This document shows positions 1 through 10,565 of a stretch of DNA of 64,000 bases, piece after piece. Positions within the stretch are counted from its first letter, which is position 1. Each line of letters begins with the position of its first letter. Made by a program: the position numbers and the translations under genes. The stretch covers positions 14,842 through 78,841 of the forward strand of contig CACBBC010000005.1 in NCBI GenBank assembly GCA_902537415.1, given 5' to 3'. The notes beneath the pieces were generated by a model. That model ran no database searches. It saw only the letters and a program-made list of their open reading frames with translations, and was not told the DNA's origin. The DNA is from an uncultured Alphaproteobacteria bacterium (GTDB lineage Bacteria > Pseudomonadota > Alphaproteobacteria > Rhodobacterales > Rhodobacteraceae).

Positions 1-759
1 GCCGGAGCAAAAAATCATATGCTGATCATGCCAGATGCAGATATGGATCAGGCAGCTGATGCGTTGGTAGGAGCTGGATATGGAGCTGCTGGCGAAAGAT
101 GTATGGCTATCTCTGTGGCGGTGCCAGTTGGGGAAAAAACAGCTGATAAATTAGTTGAAAAACTTATACCTAAGATAGAATCATTAAAAATAGGTCCCTA
201 CACGGCTGGTAAAGATATAGATTTTGGTCCCGTAGTTACAAAAGAAGCACAAAATAAAATTTTGGGACTTGTTGATAAAGGAGTAGAGCAAGGAGCCTCT
301 CTGAAAGTCGATGGAAGAAATTTCAAAATGCAGGGTTATGAAAATGGATTTTTTGTAGGTGCCTGTCTTTTTGATAATGTCACAAAAGATATGGAAATAT
401 ATAAACAAGAGATATTTGGACCCGTCCTGTCTACTGTACGAACTAAAAATTATGAGGAAGCTCTTGATCTTGTTAAAACGAACCAATATGGAAATGGTAC
501 TGCTATATTTACTCGAGATGGAGACACTGCTCGTGATTTCGCTAATAAAGTTAATGTAGGAATGGTAGGCGTGAATGTACCCATACCCGTTCCGCTAGCT
601 TACCACACTTTCGGCGGCTGGAAAAAATCTGCTTTTGGAGATCTTAACCAACATGGACCAGACGCCTTTCGTTTTTATACAAAAACAAAAACTGTTACGT
701 CCCGATGGCCTACCGGCATTAAGGAAGGAGCGAGTTTTTCAATTCCGACAATGGAGTAA
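1..759 (+). CDS. mmsA: methylmalonate-semialdehyde dehydrogenase (CoA-acylating), C-terminal part; the 5' end lies outside the window
   Basis: Frame 1 is open from base 1 (AGAKNHMLIMPDAD...). It has the aldehyde-dehydrogenase catalytic-Cys context GERCMA. The remaining valine-catabolism genes follow directly. Confidence 0.85.
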   Translation, partial: AGAKNHMLIMPDADMDQAADALVGAGYGAAGERCMAISVAVPVGEKTADKLVEKLIPKIESLKIGPYTAGKDIDFGPVVTKEAQNKILGLVDKGVEQGASLKVDGRNFKMQGYENGFFVGACLFDNVTKDMEIYKQEIFGPVLSTVRTKNYEEALDLVKTNQYGNGTAIFTRDGDTARDFANKVNVGMVGVNVPIPVPLAYHTFGGWKKSAFGDLNQHGPDAFRFYTKTKTVTSRWPTGIKEGASFSIPTME

Positions 760-762
760 CTA

Positions 763-1902
763 GTGCATTTTTCCTTATCAGAAGAACAGAACATTCTCTA
801 TAACACAGCTAGGGAATTTGGTGAAGAAACTATTGCACCAAATGCAATAGACTGGGAAAAGAAAGAAGAAATTCCCAGAGAACTTCTCAAAGAAGCTGGA
901 ACTTTGGGACTCGGAGGGATGATTGTCTCTGAGGAAGATGGTGGATCTGGAATGTCACGCTTAGACGGAACGCTTGTATTTGAGGCTCTAGCAATGTCCT
1001 GCCCCTCTGTCTCTTCTTTTATTTCAATTCACAATATGTCTGCATGGGTAATCTCAAAGAGAGGCGACCAAGCACTAAAAGATAGATTTTTAAAGAATAT
1101 TGTAAGCTTAGATGATGTTTGTTCATATTGTTTAACAGAACCTGGTTCAGGATCTGACGCAGCTGCGCTAAAAACCAAGGCAGCAATAACAAATGAGGGA
1201 TATAGCCTTAATGGATCAAAATCATTTATATCAGGTGGGGGTTTTTCAGATTTATACGTTGTACTGTGTAGGACTGGAGATCAAACACCTAACGGTATAT
1301 CAATGGTATTGGTTGAAAATGGACAGAACGGTCTCAGTTTCGGAAAAAAAGAGCAAAAAATGGGGTGGAAAGCACAACCTACTGCAATCGTGCAATTTGA
1401 TAACTGCTCAATTCCTGCTGCAAACCTTGTAGGAGAGGAAGGTGCTGGCTTCAAATACGCTATGGAGGGTTTAGATGGGGGGAGGCTTAATATTGCCGCT
1501 GCCTCATTAGGCGGCGCGCAAAAGGCCTATGAAATTGCAAAATCATATTCAAAGGAAAGGTCAGCGTTTGGTAGACCTATCAGTAAATTTCAGTCTATAG
1601 AATTTAAATTGGCAGACATGGCAACACAACTCGAGGCGGCAAGACTTTTTTTGAGGAGCGCTGCTTGGAAGTTAGATAATTCAAAACCGGATGCAACCGT
1701 CTCTGTCGCAATGGCAAAGCGGTTAGTTACTGATGTATCATTTGAAATATCTAATACCGCCCTACAAATACTTGGTGGTTATGGCTATCTTGAAGAGTAT
1801 GGCATAGAGAAAATAGTACGTGATCTTCGTGTTCATCAAATTCTGGAGGGAACAAATGAGATTATGAGAGTAATTATAGCAAGAGCCATTTTGTCTGAGT
1901 AA
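763..1902 (+). CDS. acyl-CoA dehydrogenase (isobutyryl-CoA dehydrogenase-like)
   Basis: 379 aa with a GTG start 4 nt after the mmsA stop. ACAD motifs are CLTEPGSGSDAA and the C-terminal ILEGTNEIMR. Context is the valine-degradation cluster. Confidence 0.85.
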   Translation: MHFSLSEEQNILYNTAREFGEETIAPNAIDWEKKEEIPRELLKEAGTLGLGGMIVSEEDGGSGMSRLDGTLVFEALAMSCPSVSSFISIHNMSAWVISKRGDQALKDRFLKNIVSLDDVCSYCLTEPGSGSDAAALKTKAAITNEGYSLNGSKSFISGGGFSDLYVVLCRTGDQTPNGISMVLVENGQNGLSFGKKEQKMGWKAQPTAIVQFDNCSIPAANLVGEEGAGFKYAMEGLDGGRLNIAAASLGGAQKAYEIAKSYSKERSAFGRPISKFQSIEFKLADMATQLEAARLFLRSAAWKLDNSKPDATVSVAMAKRLVTDVSFEISNTALQILGGYGYLEEYGIEKIVRDLRVHQILEGTNEIMRVIIARAILSE

Positions 1903-1904
1903 AA

Positions 1905-2915
1905 ATGTCGGAGGATATTTTTATACGAAAATCAGGCTATGTAGGCCATATAACTTTAAATCGACCCGACGTGTTAAACTCACTAACCTATTCAATGATA
2001 CTCTCTATTGAGAACGCATTGATTGAATGGGAAACCGACGAAGGCATAGCCCTTGTAATTATCGACGCTAAAGGAGATAGAGCCTTTTGTGCTGGTGGTG
2101 ATATTCAGATCCTATACGAAAATGGGTTTAATAAAAACTTTGCTTACGGTCAAAAGTTCTGGGCTGACGAGTATCGTCTAAATGAAAAGATTGCTAATTA
2201 TAAGAAACCGTTTGTAGCTTTCATGCAAGGTTTCACGATGGGAGGAGGTGTCGGTGTTTCATGCCACGGTAGTCATAGAATTGTGGGGGAAACCAGCAAA
2301 ATAGCAATGCCGGAATGTAGCATTGGTTTAGTTCCCGACGTTGGAGGCTCTTTTCTTCTTGCAAAACTACCTGGAAATATAGGTACATTTTTGGGTGTAA
2401 CTGGGAAAAGGATGAAAGCAAGTGATGCAATTTATTGTGGGTTTGCTGATTACTTCATACCAGAAACCAAGTGGGAGGATCTAAAAGTAAAACTTGTTGA
2501 AACTGGAAATATTGATTGGATAACGAAATTTCATCAAAGTACAGAGTCCTCGGAAATAGAGAACTCATTTTCACAAATTTCAGACGCTATGGTTGACGTC
2601 TCAACTAAGAATATAGAGTCCAGATTACAGCACCCATTTTTTGAAAAGGACTTGAGTGCATTAAGATTTAATTCCCCAATTTCAGTAGCTTATACAATAT
2701 CAATGCTAAAGATGGAAAAGGTTCGGAATAATATTTCAGACGCCCTAGATGCAGAATATAGTTTTACTGCTCGATCACAAGAATTTGGAGACTTCCAAGA
2801 GGGAATAAGAGCAGCTGTTATCGATAAAGACCGAACTCCGCTATGGAAAAATAGAAATCTAAATGAAGTTTCAGATGAAGACCTCAAACCGTTTTTTCAG
2901 ACTATTCACCGTTAA
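1905..2915 (+). CDS. 3-hydroxyisobutyryl-CoA hydrolase (crotonase superfamily, long form)
   Basis: 336 aa. Crotonase oxyanion motifs are AFCAGGDI and GFTMGGGVG, with the C-terminal extension typical of HIBCH-type enzymes. It sits between the ACAD gene and mmsB. Confidence 0.8.
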   Translation: MSEDIFIRKSGYVGHITLNRPDVLNSLTYSMILSIENALIEWETDEGIALVIIDAKGDRAFCAGGDIQILYENGFNKNFAYGQKFWADEYRLNEKIANYKKPFVAFMQGFTMGGGVGVSCHGSHRIVGETSKIAMPECSIGLVPDVGGSFLLAKLPGNIGTFLGVTGKRMKASDAIYCGFADYFIPETKWEDLKVKLVETGNIDWITKFHQSTESSEIENSFSQISDAMVDVSTKNIESRLQHPFFEKDLSALRFNSPISVAYTISMLKMEKVRNNISDALDAEYSFTARSQEFGDFQEGIRAAVIDKDRTPLWKNRNLNEVSDEDLKPFFQTIHR

Positions 2916-2933
2916 ACTAAGGAGTACACTGAC

Positions 2934-3791
2934 ATGAAAATAGGATTTATTGGGCTTGGGAACATGGGTGCACCCATGGCAAGAAATTTAATTAAAGCTG
3001 GTCATGAGTTATTAGGTTTTGACGTTGCTCCAACCAATGTCGGAGATATTACTCAAGACCCCATTACTGAAATAGCAAAGAAATGCAGTATTATTTTTTC
3101 TATGTTGCCTGATGGAAATATTTTGAGAAATGTATATGAGGAACTCATACCCTTGTGTACCTCTAAAACAATACTTGTTGATTGTTCAACAGTGGACGTG
3201 GAAAGTGCTTTGCATGTATCAAAAGAGGCTAAGAAAAACTCAATAGCAGTAATAGATGCTCCAGTTTCTGGTGGTGTTGTAGGTGCAGAAAATGGCACGC
3301 TGACATTTATGGTTGGGGGAGAAAAAGATGCTTATGACAAAATAGAACCATATTTTGCAATAATGGGTCAGAAATCCGTGCTATGCGGTGGGCCAGGAGC
3401 TGGTCAGTCGGCAAAGATTTGTAATAATATGATTTTGGGAATTTCAATGATAGGAGTGTGCGAAGCTTTTAATTTGGCCCAAAAACTAAATCTAAATTGG
3501 AATAGGTTATTTGATGTTGTATCAACATCATCAGGGTCTTGCTGGTCTGTGAATACATATTGCCCAGCTCCTGCTGTGGGGCCAGAAAGTCCTGCGGACA
3601 GAGACTATAAACCTGGTTTTGCAGCTGAATTGATGTTAAAAGACCTTAAGCTTTCTCAAGAAGCTGCTAACGCAGTATCAGCCCCTACTGAATTAGGTAA
3701 GCACGCTACTGAAATATATGAAACTTTCATTTCCGAGGGCGGAAAGGGTATGGATTTTTCTGCCATTTTACCGTATCTAGAAAAAAAATAG
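2934..3791 (+). CDS. mmsB: 3-hydroxyisobutyrate dehydrogenase
   Basis: 285 aa with the N-terminal Rossmann motif IGFIGLGNMGAPMARNL. Its length and context fit the beta-hydroxyacid dehydrogenase family. Confidence 0.85.
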   Translation: MKIGFIGLGNMGAPMARNLIKAGHELLGFDVAPTNVGDITQDPITEIAKKCSIIFSMLPDGNILRNVYEELIPLCTSKTILVDCSTVDVESALHVSKEAKKNSIAVIDAPVSGGVVGAENGTLTFMVGGEKDAYDKIEPYFAIMGQKSVLCGGPGAGQSAKICNNMILGISMIGVCEAFNLAQKLNLNWNRLFDVVSTSSGSCWSVNTYCPAPAVGPESPADRDYKPGFAAELMLKDLKLSQEAANAVSAPTELGKHATEIYETFISEGGKGMDFSAILPYLEKK

Positions 3792-3843
3792 TTTTATATT
3801 TGAACGTAAATATCATAGCATTAAAGAAAAATAGGAATAAAAA

Positions 3844-4821
3844 ATGAAAACTCGGATAACAGAATTATTCAACATTCAACACCCAATAATTCAGGGTGGT
3901 ATGCACTATGTGGGATTTGCCGAGCTCGCCTCTGCCGTTTCAAATGCTGGTGGATTAGGCATAATCACTGGACTTACCCAAAAAACCCCTAAGGATCTCG
4001 CAAAAGAGATAGCGAGATGCCATGAAATGACGGATAAGCCCTTTGGAGTAAATTTAACATTTCTTCCAACAGTAGCAGCTCCTGATTACCCTGGATATAT
4101 TGATGCTATTATAGATGGAGGAATTAAGATCGTAGAGACTGCGGGAAGAAATCCCCAACCTTATATGGAACAATTAAAAAAAGCAGACATAAAAGTCATT
4201 CACAAATGTACCTCTGTTAGGCACTCACTCAAAGCTGAAGCTATAGGATGTGATGCCGTGTCTGTTGATGGATTTGAATGCGGAGGACATCCTGGAGAAG
4301 ACGATATGCCGAATATGATTCTACTTCCCAGAGCAGCTGAAGAATTGAAAATCCCATTCGTCGCTTCAGGAGGCATGGCAGACGCACGAAGCTTAGTTGC
4401 CTCGCTTGCAATGGGAGCGGATGGAATGAATATGGGAACAAGATTTATGGCTACTAAGGAAGCTCCATGTCACGAAAGAGTAAAAGAGGCGATAATTAAT
4501 GCCACAGAATTAGATACGAGACTTGTTATGCGTCCACTGAGAAATACAGAAAGAGTATTAAATAATTCTGCAGTAGAAAAATTATTAGAAAAAGAAAAAG
4601 AGCTGGGCTCTAATATTAAATTTGAAGACATTATGGATGAAGTGGCAGGTGTATATCCTAAAGTAATGCTTGATGGAGAAATGGAAGCAGGGGCGTGGTC
4701 ATGCGGAATGGTAGTTGGACTTATTAATGACATACCAAGCTGTAAAGAGCTAATAGACGGAATAATGAGTGAAGCTGACAGCCTAATAACAAAGAGACTT
4801 GAAGGTATGCTTTCTGCATAA
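3844..4821 (+). CDS. nitronate monooxygenase / NPD-family FMN oxidoreductase
   Basis: 325 aa. The N-terminus HPIIQGGMHYVGFAELASAVSNAGGLG is the NMO-family signature. Confidence 0.7.
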   Translation: MKTRITELFNIQHPIIQGGMHYVGFAELASAVSNAGGLGIITGLTQKTPKDLAKEIARCHEMTDKPFGVNLTFLPTVAAPDYPGYIDAIIDGGIKIVETAGRNPQPYMEQLKKADIKVIHKCTSVRHSLKAEAIGCDAVSVDGFECGGHPGEDDMPNMILLPRAAEELKIPFVASGGMADARSLVASLAMGADGMNMGTRFMATKEAPCHERVKEAIINATELDTRLVMRPLRNTERVLNNSAVEKLLEKEKELGSNIKFEDIMDEVAGVYPKVMLDGEMEAGAWSCGMVVGLINDIPSCKELIDGIMSEADSLITKRLEGMLSA

Positions 4822-4839
4822 AAGTTTTCTACTTATCTA

Positions 4840-5598
4840 CTAAGAGTTTTTTTCTTTGATAAACTTCAGTTGACGTTCTAAGTACCGAGACTCAAGCGTT
4901 TGCTTGATACGTGAATTGAAACTTTGGGTATTCACGCTATTCATAACTATGTCATTTATAGACAGTTTCATGCCTCTTACAGCTTCAGGCGATAACTCTT
5001 TGCATAGCTTAATAAAATCAAGTGCCCTTTCAATGACATTCTCACCTTCATTTATTATCTCGTCAAAAAAACCCACATTTTTGAGTTCCTTTTCTGACAT
5101 TTTTGTTGCTGTGAGTAATAATCTCTTGGTAGTGCTTGCTCCGAAAATATATAAAAATCTTTTTATTCCGGCAGGGTGATAATGTATTCCAATCTTTGCT
5201 GGAGGCACCATAATTTCAATATTTGAGACAGCAATTCTAAAATCGCAGGCACAAGCTATTTCTACACCACCACCATATGCACTCCCATTTAAAGCACACA
5301 CAGTGGGAAGAGGAAAGTTTTGAATAGCATCACACAATTTTGACATGTCATTTGATTGTAACTCTTGATCTTTTTTATGTTTTCCAATTATTGAAATAAT
5401 CTCAGAAAGGTCAGCTCCCGAGCAAAAAACGTCACCACTTCCTGAGATAATAAGTGCATAAATATCAGATTGCGCCTCTCTAGAAAGTATGTCTCTTAGC
5501 AACAACATATCTTCTGAATTAAGCGCGTTTTTTCTCTTGGGCGAGTCTAGTATTAATATCCCGACACCATTATTCTTTGTGAATTTTACATTATTCAT
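4840..5598 (-). CDS. enoyl-CoA hydratase/isomerase family protein
   Basis: 252 aa with crotonase motifs FCSGADLSE and AYGGGVEIACACD. Confidence 0.75.
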   Translation of the reverse strand: MNNVKFTKNNGVGILILDSPKRKNALNSEDMLLLRDILSREAQSDIYALIISGSGDVFCSGADLSEIISIIGKHKKDQELQSNDMSKLCDAIQNFPLPTVCALNGSAYGGGVEIACACDFRIAVSNIEIMVPPAKIGIHYHPAGIKRFLYIFGASTTKRLLLTATKMSEKELKNVGFFDEIINEGENVIERALDFIKLCKELSPEAVRGMKLSINDIVMNSVNTQSFNSRIKQTLESRYLERQLKFIKEKNS

Positions 5599-5830
5599 TT
5601 TCGTAGTTTTTGTAGTACAATTAATCGTAATGATCTTAGTATCCTAAAAATATTAAAATAAAAATCTGAGAAATACCAAGGCATTTCGTTTTTTAATTAA
5701 CCTATTACAATTAAATAAAATATAGATACCCTGTCACCTATTTATTTGGGACTATAATTTCTCCTTCTTTTTTGAAAATAAACGCCTAGAAATTCTTTCT
5801 CTTGACTTTTAATATTAATTAGGATGTTCT

Positions 5831-5920
5831 AGTGGATTGACAGGGGTGCCTCTTTGTTTTGTGAGGCTGAGAATAACCCTCAAACTTGAACCGGGTAATG
5901 CTGGCGTAAGGAGTCACTAG
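5831..5920 (+). promoter_or_regulatory. TPP (THI-box) riboswitch
   Basis: Conserved cores are readable in order: CAGGGGUGCC, GGCUGAGA, ACCC, UUGAACC, GGUAAUGCUGGCG, AAGGAG. The outer helix is CTAG..TGAC / GTCA-CTAG. The Shine-Dalgarno AAGGAG (5908-5913), 9 nt before the thiM ATG, lies inside the 3' part of the aptamer. Confidence 0.88.
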
Positions 5921-5922
5921 AT

Positions 5923-6741
5923 ATGCGCATTCCTCACATCGGCCACAAATCATTGGAGACCTCAATGAATAGTCTTGAAGAATTAAAAGCAAAAAATCCT
6001 CTCGTGCATTGTATAACTAATTATGTTTCCATGGATATTGCAGCAAATACGCTTTTGGCAGTTGGAGCGTCTCCAGCAATGATACATACTCCAGAAGAGA
6101 GTGGAGATTTTTCTCCAGTAGCGGGTGCACTAACCGTAAATATCGGTACTATTTCACCAAATTGGCTCGAAGGTATGGAAAAAGCAATTGAGGCGGCTAA
6201 TAAAGCAAAAGTCCCTTGGGTATTGGACCCCGTAGCACACTTTGCGACACCATACCGTCAAACCTCAATAGCAAGATTGATATCCCTAGAACCCTCAGTT
6301 GTGAGAGGGAATGCGTCTGAAATTTTAGCCTTACAAGGCGAAGAGACTGAAGCAAAGGGTGTAGACTCTCAAGAAGGAGTTGAAACAGCCTTAAATGCTA
6401 GTAAGAAACTTGCAAAAAAGCATAATTGTACAATTTTTGTGACTGGAGAAATAGACATAATCACAGATGGTGTAAGGGTTACTCGAGTATCAGGCGGATC
6501 ATCTTTTATGTCGAGTGTTACAGCTATTGGATGTTCTTTAACATGTCTAGTTGGCGCCTTCACAGCGATCACTGATCCCTACACTGCTAGCGTTAGTGCT
6601 GCTACTCTGTTCGCTGAAGCAGGACATAAAGCAAAATTAAGTGCTAATGGCCCAGGTTCATTTAGAACGCATTTTTTAGATCAACTTTCCCTTGTGAACC
6701 CTCATAATTTTTCAAATTTAAAGTGGGCTGATAGTGTTTGA
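5923..6741 (+). CDS. thiM: hydroxyethylthiazole kinase
   Basis: 272 aa with the ThiM-type N-terminus PLVHCITNYVSMDIAANTLLAVGASPAM. The start at 5923 is supported by AAGGAG 9 nt upstream; an alternative Met lies at 5965. Confidence 0.85.
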   Translation: MRIPHIGHKSLETSMNSLEELKAKNPLVHCITNYVSMDIAANTLLAVGASPAMIHTPEESGDFSPVAGALTVNIGTISPNWLEGMEKAIEAANKAKVPWVLDPVAHFATPYRQTSIARLISLEPSVVRGNASEILALQGEETEAKGVDSQEGVETALNASKKLAKKHNCTIFVTGEIDIITDGVRVTRVSGGSSFMSSVTAIGCSLTCLVGAFTAITDPYTASVSAATLFAEAGHKAKLSANGPGSFRTHFLDQLSLVNPHNFSNLKWADSV

Positions 6742-7390
6742 TGCCGCTAAATTAAAACTCTATCTAGTAACTGACCCTTATCTCTGTGCAACTTTTGGGT
6801 TATTGAATACAGTTAATGCTGCAGTAAAAGGCGGGATTACGATGGTTCAACTTAGAGATAAAGAAGCATCTACGAAAGATAGGATCGGTGTTGGAAAAGA
6901 GCTACAGAAAATATTAAAGGATACTGAGATCCCATTGATAGTAAATGATGACGTTGAAGCGGCTTTAGCGATAGATGCAGATGGTATCCACGTAGGTCAA
7001 AATGATAAAAGCACCTTTGAGATAAGAGGTAAAGTTGGAAAAGATAAAATCGTCGGATTATCATGTGAAACAATTGAAGATGCAAAAGCTGCAGACCCCG
7101 CTTTAGTGGACTATATAGGTATAAGTCCAGTATTTCCAACACCAACAAAATCGGATTTCAATGCGTATATCGGGTTAGACGGTATTAGCGATATCGTAAA
7201 TGCAACATCTCTACCATCAGTAGCTATCGGTGGACTTAAAAGAGAACACTGTGGAAAGATATTTAGCACCGGCTGCCAAGGGATGGCAGTAGTATCGGCG
7301 ATCTGTGGTAAAGATGATCCTTACATGGAAACAAAATTATTGCATGATGAAATTCGACGAGTATTTGAAGATAACAAACCGGTGAACTAA
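6734..7390 (+). CDS. thiE: thiamine-phosphate synthase
   Basis: 218 aa with a GTG start overlapping the thiM stop. TMP-synthase motifs are LYLVTD, VQLRDK and [11 protein letters not shown]. Confidence 0.85.
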   Translation: MFDAAKLKLYLVTDPYLCATFGLLNTVNAAVKGGITMVQLRDKEASTKDRIGVGKELQKILKDTEIPLIVNDDVEAALAIDADGIHVGQNDKSTFEIRGKVGKDKIVGLSCETIEDAKAADPALVDYIGISPVFPTPTKSDFNAYIGLDGISDIVNATSLPSVAIGGLKREHCGKIFSTGCQGMAVVSAICGKDDPYMETKLLHDEIRRVFEDNKPVN

Positions 7391-7392
7391 AA

Positions 7393-8205
7393 ATGTCAAA
7401 TCGAGTGAAAAATGTTCTGTCTATAGCTGGGTCTGATCCATCGGGAGGTGCAGGAATACAAGCTGATTTAAAAACATTTGCGGCAAATGGTGTATATGGC
7501 ATGGCAGCAGTTACTGCCTTAACAGTCCAAAATACTATGGGAGTGGAAGGAATTCATTTGATACCAAAAAAATTTGTTGCGTCTCAAATTAATGCTATTT
7601 TTCGTGATATTTGTGTAAGCTCAGTTAAGGTTGGAATGGTCGCTAACGCAGAAATCGCCAAAGAAGTTGGCACTACATTGGCAAAATATAAAAAAGTATT
7701 TTCAGTAGTTGACCCAGTTATGGTGGCAAAAGGAGGATCACCTTTGTTAGATAAAAAAGCAATCCAATCTGTTAAAGACCATCTGTTACCAATCGCAACA
7801 ATCATAACACCTAATTTACCTGAGGCAGCAGTTCTATTGGGTTCTTCTGTAGCAAAATCCAAAGAGGATATGGTTAATCAAGGCAAAGCTCTATTATGTT
7901 TGGGATCTAAGTCGGTTTTGATAAAAGGTGGACACTCAGGAGGCAGTACAAGTAATGATCTACTAGTAACTGAAAAAGATCATTTCTGGTTCAATGAGAA
8001 AAGAATAAATACAAAAAATACACATGGAACAGGATGTACTTTATCCTCCTCTATCGCAAGTTTTTTAGCTAAAAACTACTCAATAGAGGAGGCAGTTTCA
8101 AAGTCAAAGGAGTTTGTTACTGGTGCTATTAGAGACTCAAATAAACTATCTGTCGGGAAAGGCCATGGACCGACCAACCACTTTCACGCATTAAAAATTT
8201 TTTAA
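7393..8205 (+). CDS. thiD: hydroxymethylpyrimidine/phosphomethylpyrimidine kinase
   Basis: 270 aa. The N-terminus [22 protein letters not shown] and the C-terminal HGTGCTLSS are ThiD signatures. Confidence 0.88.
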   Translation: MSNRVKNVLSIAGSDPSGGAGIQADLKTFAANGVYGMAAVTALTVQNTMGVEGIHLIPKKFVASQINAIFRDICVSSVKVGMVANAEIAKEVGTTLAKYKKVFSVVDPVMVAKGGSPLLDKKAIQSVKDHLLPIATIITPNLPEAAVLLGSSVAKSKEDMVNQGKALLCLGSKSVLIKGGHSGGSTSNDLLVTEKDHFWFNEKRINTKNTHGTGCTLSSSIASFLAKNYSIEEAVSKSKEFVTGAIRDSNKLSVGKGHGPTNHFHALKIF

Positions 8206-8226
8206 CAAAATTAAAGGGACCCAATA

Positions 8227-9165
8227 ATGATCTTAAGACTTATACTCTTATTTTTACTTCTCACAGCAAATAAATTGGCTGCAAAAGATAAAATGACCCT
8301 TTTGTTGGACTGGTTTATAAATCCCGATCATGGTCCAATAATAATTGCTAAAGAAAAGGGCTATTTTTCTGATCAAAACCTAGAAATTGAAATAATCGCT
8401 CCTGCTGACCCATCAGCTCCACCAAAGCTTGTCGCTGCTGGTCAAGCTGATTTAGCCGTAAGCTATCAACCACAATTACATTTGCAACTTACACAAGGAT
8501 TGCCACTTATTCGTGTTGGAACCCTTGTGGCAACCCCACTTAATTGCCTATTAGTTTTGGAGAACGGTCCTATAAACACTCCGCAGAGTTTGTCCGGAAA
8601 GAAGATCGGTTTCTCTGTTGCAGGTGTTGAAGAAATTCTACTATCTGCAATTTTAGAAAAGTATGGTGTAAAATTAGAAGATGTAGAACTAGTAAATGTA
8701 AACTTTTCTCTTTCACCTTCTTTAATGTCTGGTCAGGTTGATGCTGTTATTGGTGCTTTTAGAAACTTTGAATTAAATCAAATGAAGATTGAGAACGTAC
8801 CCGGAAAATGTTTCTTCCTAGAGGAAGAAGGAGTTCCTCCTTACGACGAGCTTATTTATGTTGCTAATTCAAAGAATATTGATAAAGAAAAAATTCGTAA
8901 ATTTCTTAAAGCAACGGAGCTAGCAACCCAATTTATTATAAATAATCCTGAGGAAAGCTGGAAAATATTTGCGTCGACTTCTAAAGAACTAGATGATCAA
9001 TTAAATAGAATGGCATGGGCGGATACGATACCTCGTTTTGCTTTGAGACCTCCTGCATTTGATGCCGGAAGATATCTAGAATTCCAAGATTTTCTTCTTC
9101 AAAATAAGTTAATAAATAAGGCTTTTCCGATTTCTAGAATAGCTATAGATGTAACGAGGAATTAG
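8227..9165 (+). CDS. ABC transporter substrate-binding protein, NMT1/THI5 (ThiY-like pyrimidine-precursor binding) family
   Basis: 312 aa with a signal peptide. LLLDWFINPDHGPIIIAKEKGYF resembles the NMT1/THI5 fold. It lies inside the riboswitch-controlled thi operon. Confidence 0.7.
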   Translation: MILRLILLFLLLTANKLAAKDKMTLLLDWFINPDHGPIIIAKEKGYFSDQNLEIEIIAPADPSAPPKLVAAGQADLAVSYQPQLHLQLTQGLPLIRVGTLVATPLNCLLVLENGPINTPQSLSGKKIGFSVAGVEEILLSAILEKYGVKLEDVELVNVNFSLSPSLMSGQVDAVIGAFRNFELNQMKIENVPGKCFFLEEEGVPPYDELIYVANSKNIDKEKIRKFLKATELATQFIINNPEESWKIFASTSKELDDQLNRMAWADTIPRFALRPPAFDAGRYLEFQDFLLQNKLINKAFPISRIAIDVTRN

Positions 9166-9834
9166 ATGAACTACAGTGACGTTTTTTCAACTTGGAGAGA
9201 TTTGCATAAGACTGAGTGGACTTCTTATACGTGGCATCCATTTGTAGAAAGAATAGGAGATGGAACTTTACCAAAAAGCGCTTTTCTAAACTATCTGAGA
9301 CAAGACTTTATCTTTTTAAAACATTTTTCTAGAGCTTGGGGTCTTGCAATTGCAAAGTCCGGTAACATAACTGAGATGCACACTTGTTCCAAGGTGGTTC
9401 ACGCACTTTTAGACGAGGAAATAAAATTGCATATAGAATTTTGTAACAGTGAAGGCATCTCAACTGACGAACTTGAAAAGACAAATGAAATGCATCAGAA
9501 TTTAGCTTATACAAGGTTCGTTATGGATGCAGGTTTTTCAGGGGATTTTTTGGACCTTATGGCAGCACTCGCACCATGTGTGCTGGGCTATGGGGAAATA
9601 GGTAAGCGCTTAGGAGCGTCCCAATATAGTTCGGTATATGAAAAGTGGATTACTACATATGCAGGAAAGGATTATCAAAGTTTATGTGTGGAAGTAGGAA
9701 CCTTAATTGATAATGCTGTTCTTACAAGACTAGGTGGCAACTATACATCTTTAGGTAAATTTCGTGATCTTTCTCAAAAATTTAAAATAGCTACACTCCT
9801 CGAAAAAAATTTTTGGGAAATGACTAATATATGA
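9166..9834 (+). CDS. tenA: TenA-family aminopyrimidine aminohydrolase (thiaminase II)
   Basis: 222 aa. WHPFVERIGDGTLPKSAFLNYLRQDFIFL is the TenA/Thi-4 signature. Confidence 0.8.
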   Translation: MNYSDVFSTWRDLHKTEWTSYTWHPFVERIGDGTLPKSAFLNYLRQDFIFLKHFSRAWGLAIAKSGNITEMHTCSKVVHALLDEEIKLHIEFCNSEGISTDELEKTNEMHQNLAYTRFVMDAGFSGDFLDLMAALAPCVLGYGEIGKRLGASQYSSVYEKWITTYAGKDYQSLCVEVGTLIDNAVLTRLGGNYTSLGKFRDLSQKFKIATLLEKNFWEMTNI

Positions 9835-10565
9835 TGTCTTCCATCTCCCCTTCAATAGAATTGATCGGAAGTGTAAGATCAGAAAGTGAAGTTTTGTTTG
9901 GAGATCTAAGGCTTGCAGTAAGGGCTAATCAGTGGACTTGCCTTCTTGGAGCATCAGGTATTGGCAAATCGACTATTCTTCGATTAATTGCTGGGTTGCC
10001 AACCCATGTAAAACTTGACGGCAGCATAAAAAGTAATGATCACTTACCTATCTCAAATCGTGTTTCCTACATGGCCCAGAATGATTTGTTAATTCCATGG
10101 GCGACAGTAAGCGCCAATGTTTCTTTGGGCAATAAATTACGAGGAGAAAAGTTCTCGCCAGAAAAAAAACTGAAAATTATTGAAAAAGTTGGTTTGATGG
10201 ATCATAAAAAAAAATATCCCTTTCAGCTTTCTGGAGGACAACGTCAACGAGCTGCTCTCGCAAGAACGTTAATGGAAAATACACCTATAGTTTTATTAGA
10301 TGAGCCATTTGGTTCATTAGACTCAAATACCAGAGAAGAGATGATCGATCTGACATTTGAAAGTCTTAAAGGAAAAACCGTTTTGTTTGTAACTCATGAT
10401 CCCCATGAAGCTGCAAGACTGTGTGAAAGTATCTACATTCTTGGCCGGCAAAAGACAACAAGCAATAGAAGTCTCAAACCACCATTTCCTAAAACATATT
10501 CCGACAAATTGGTTTTCGATCTGCAATATTCGTTACTAGAAAAAATAAAAAGCAACCGATCATGA
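9831..10565 (+). CDS. ABC transporter ATP-binding protein (nitrate/sulfonate/taurine-type, ThiZ-like)
   Basis: 244 aa with Walker A GASGIGKST, signature LSGGQRQR and Walker B VLLDEPF. It overlaps tenA by 4 nt. Confidence 0.8.
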   Translation: MMSSISPSIELIGSVRSESEVLFGDLRLAVRANQWTCLLGASGIGKSTILRLIAGLPTHVKLDGSIKSNDHLPISNRVSYMAQNDLLIPWATVSANVSLGNKLRGEKFSPEKKLKIIEKVGLMDHKKKYPFQLSGGQRQRAALARTLMENTPIVLLDEPFGSLDSNTREEMIDLTFESLKGKTVLFVTHDPHEAARLCESIYILGRQKTTSNRSLKPPFPKTYSDKLVFDLQYSLLEKIKSNRS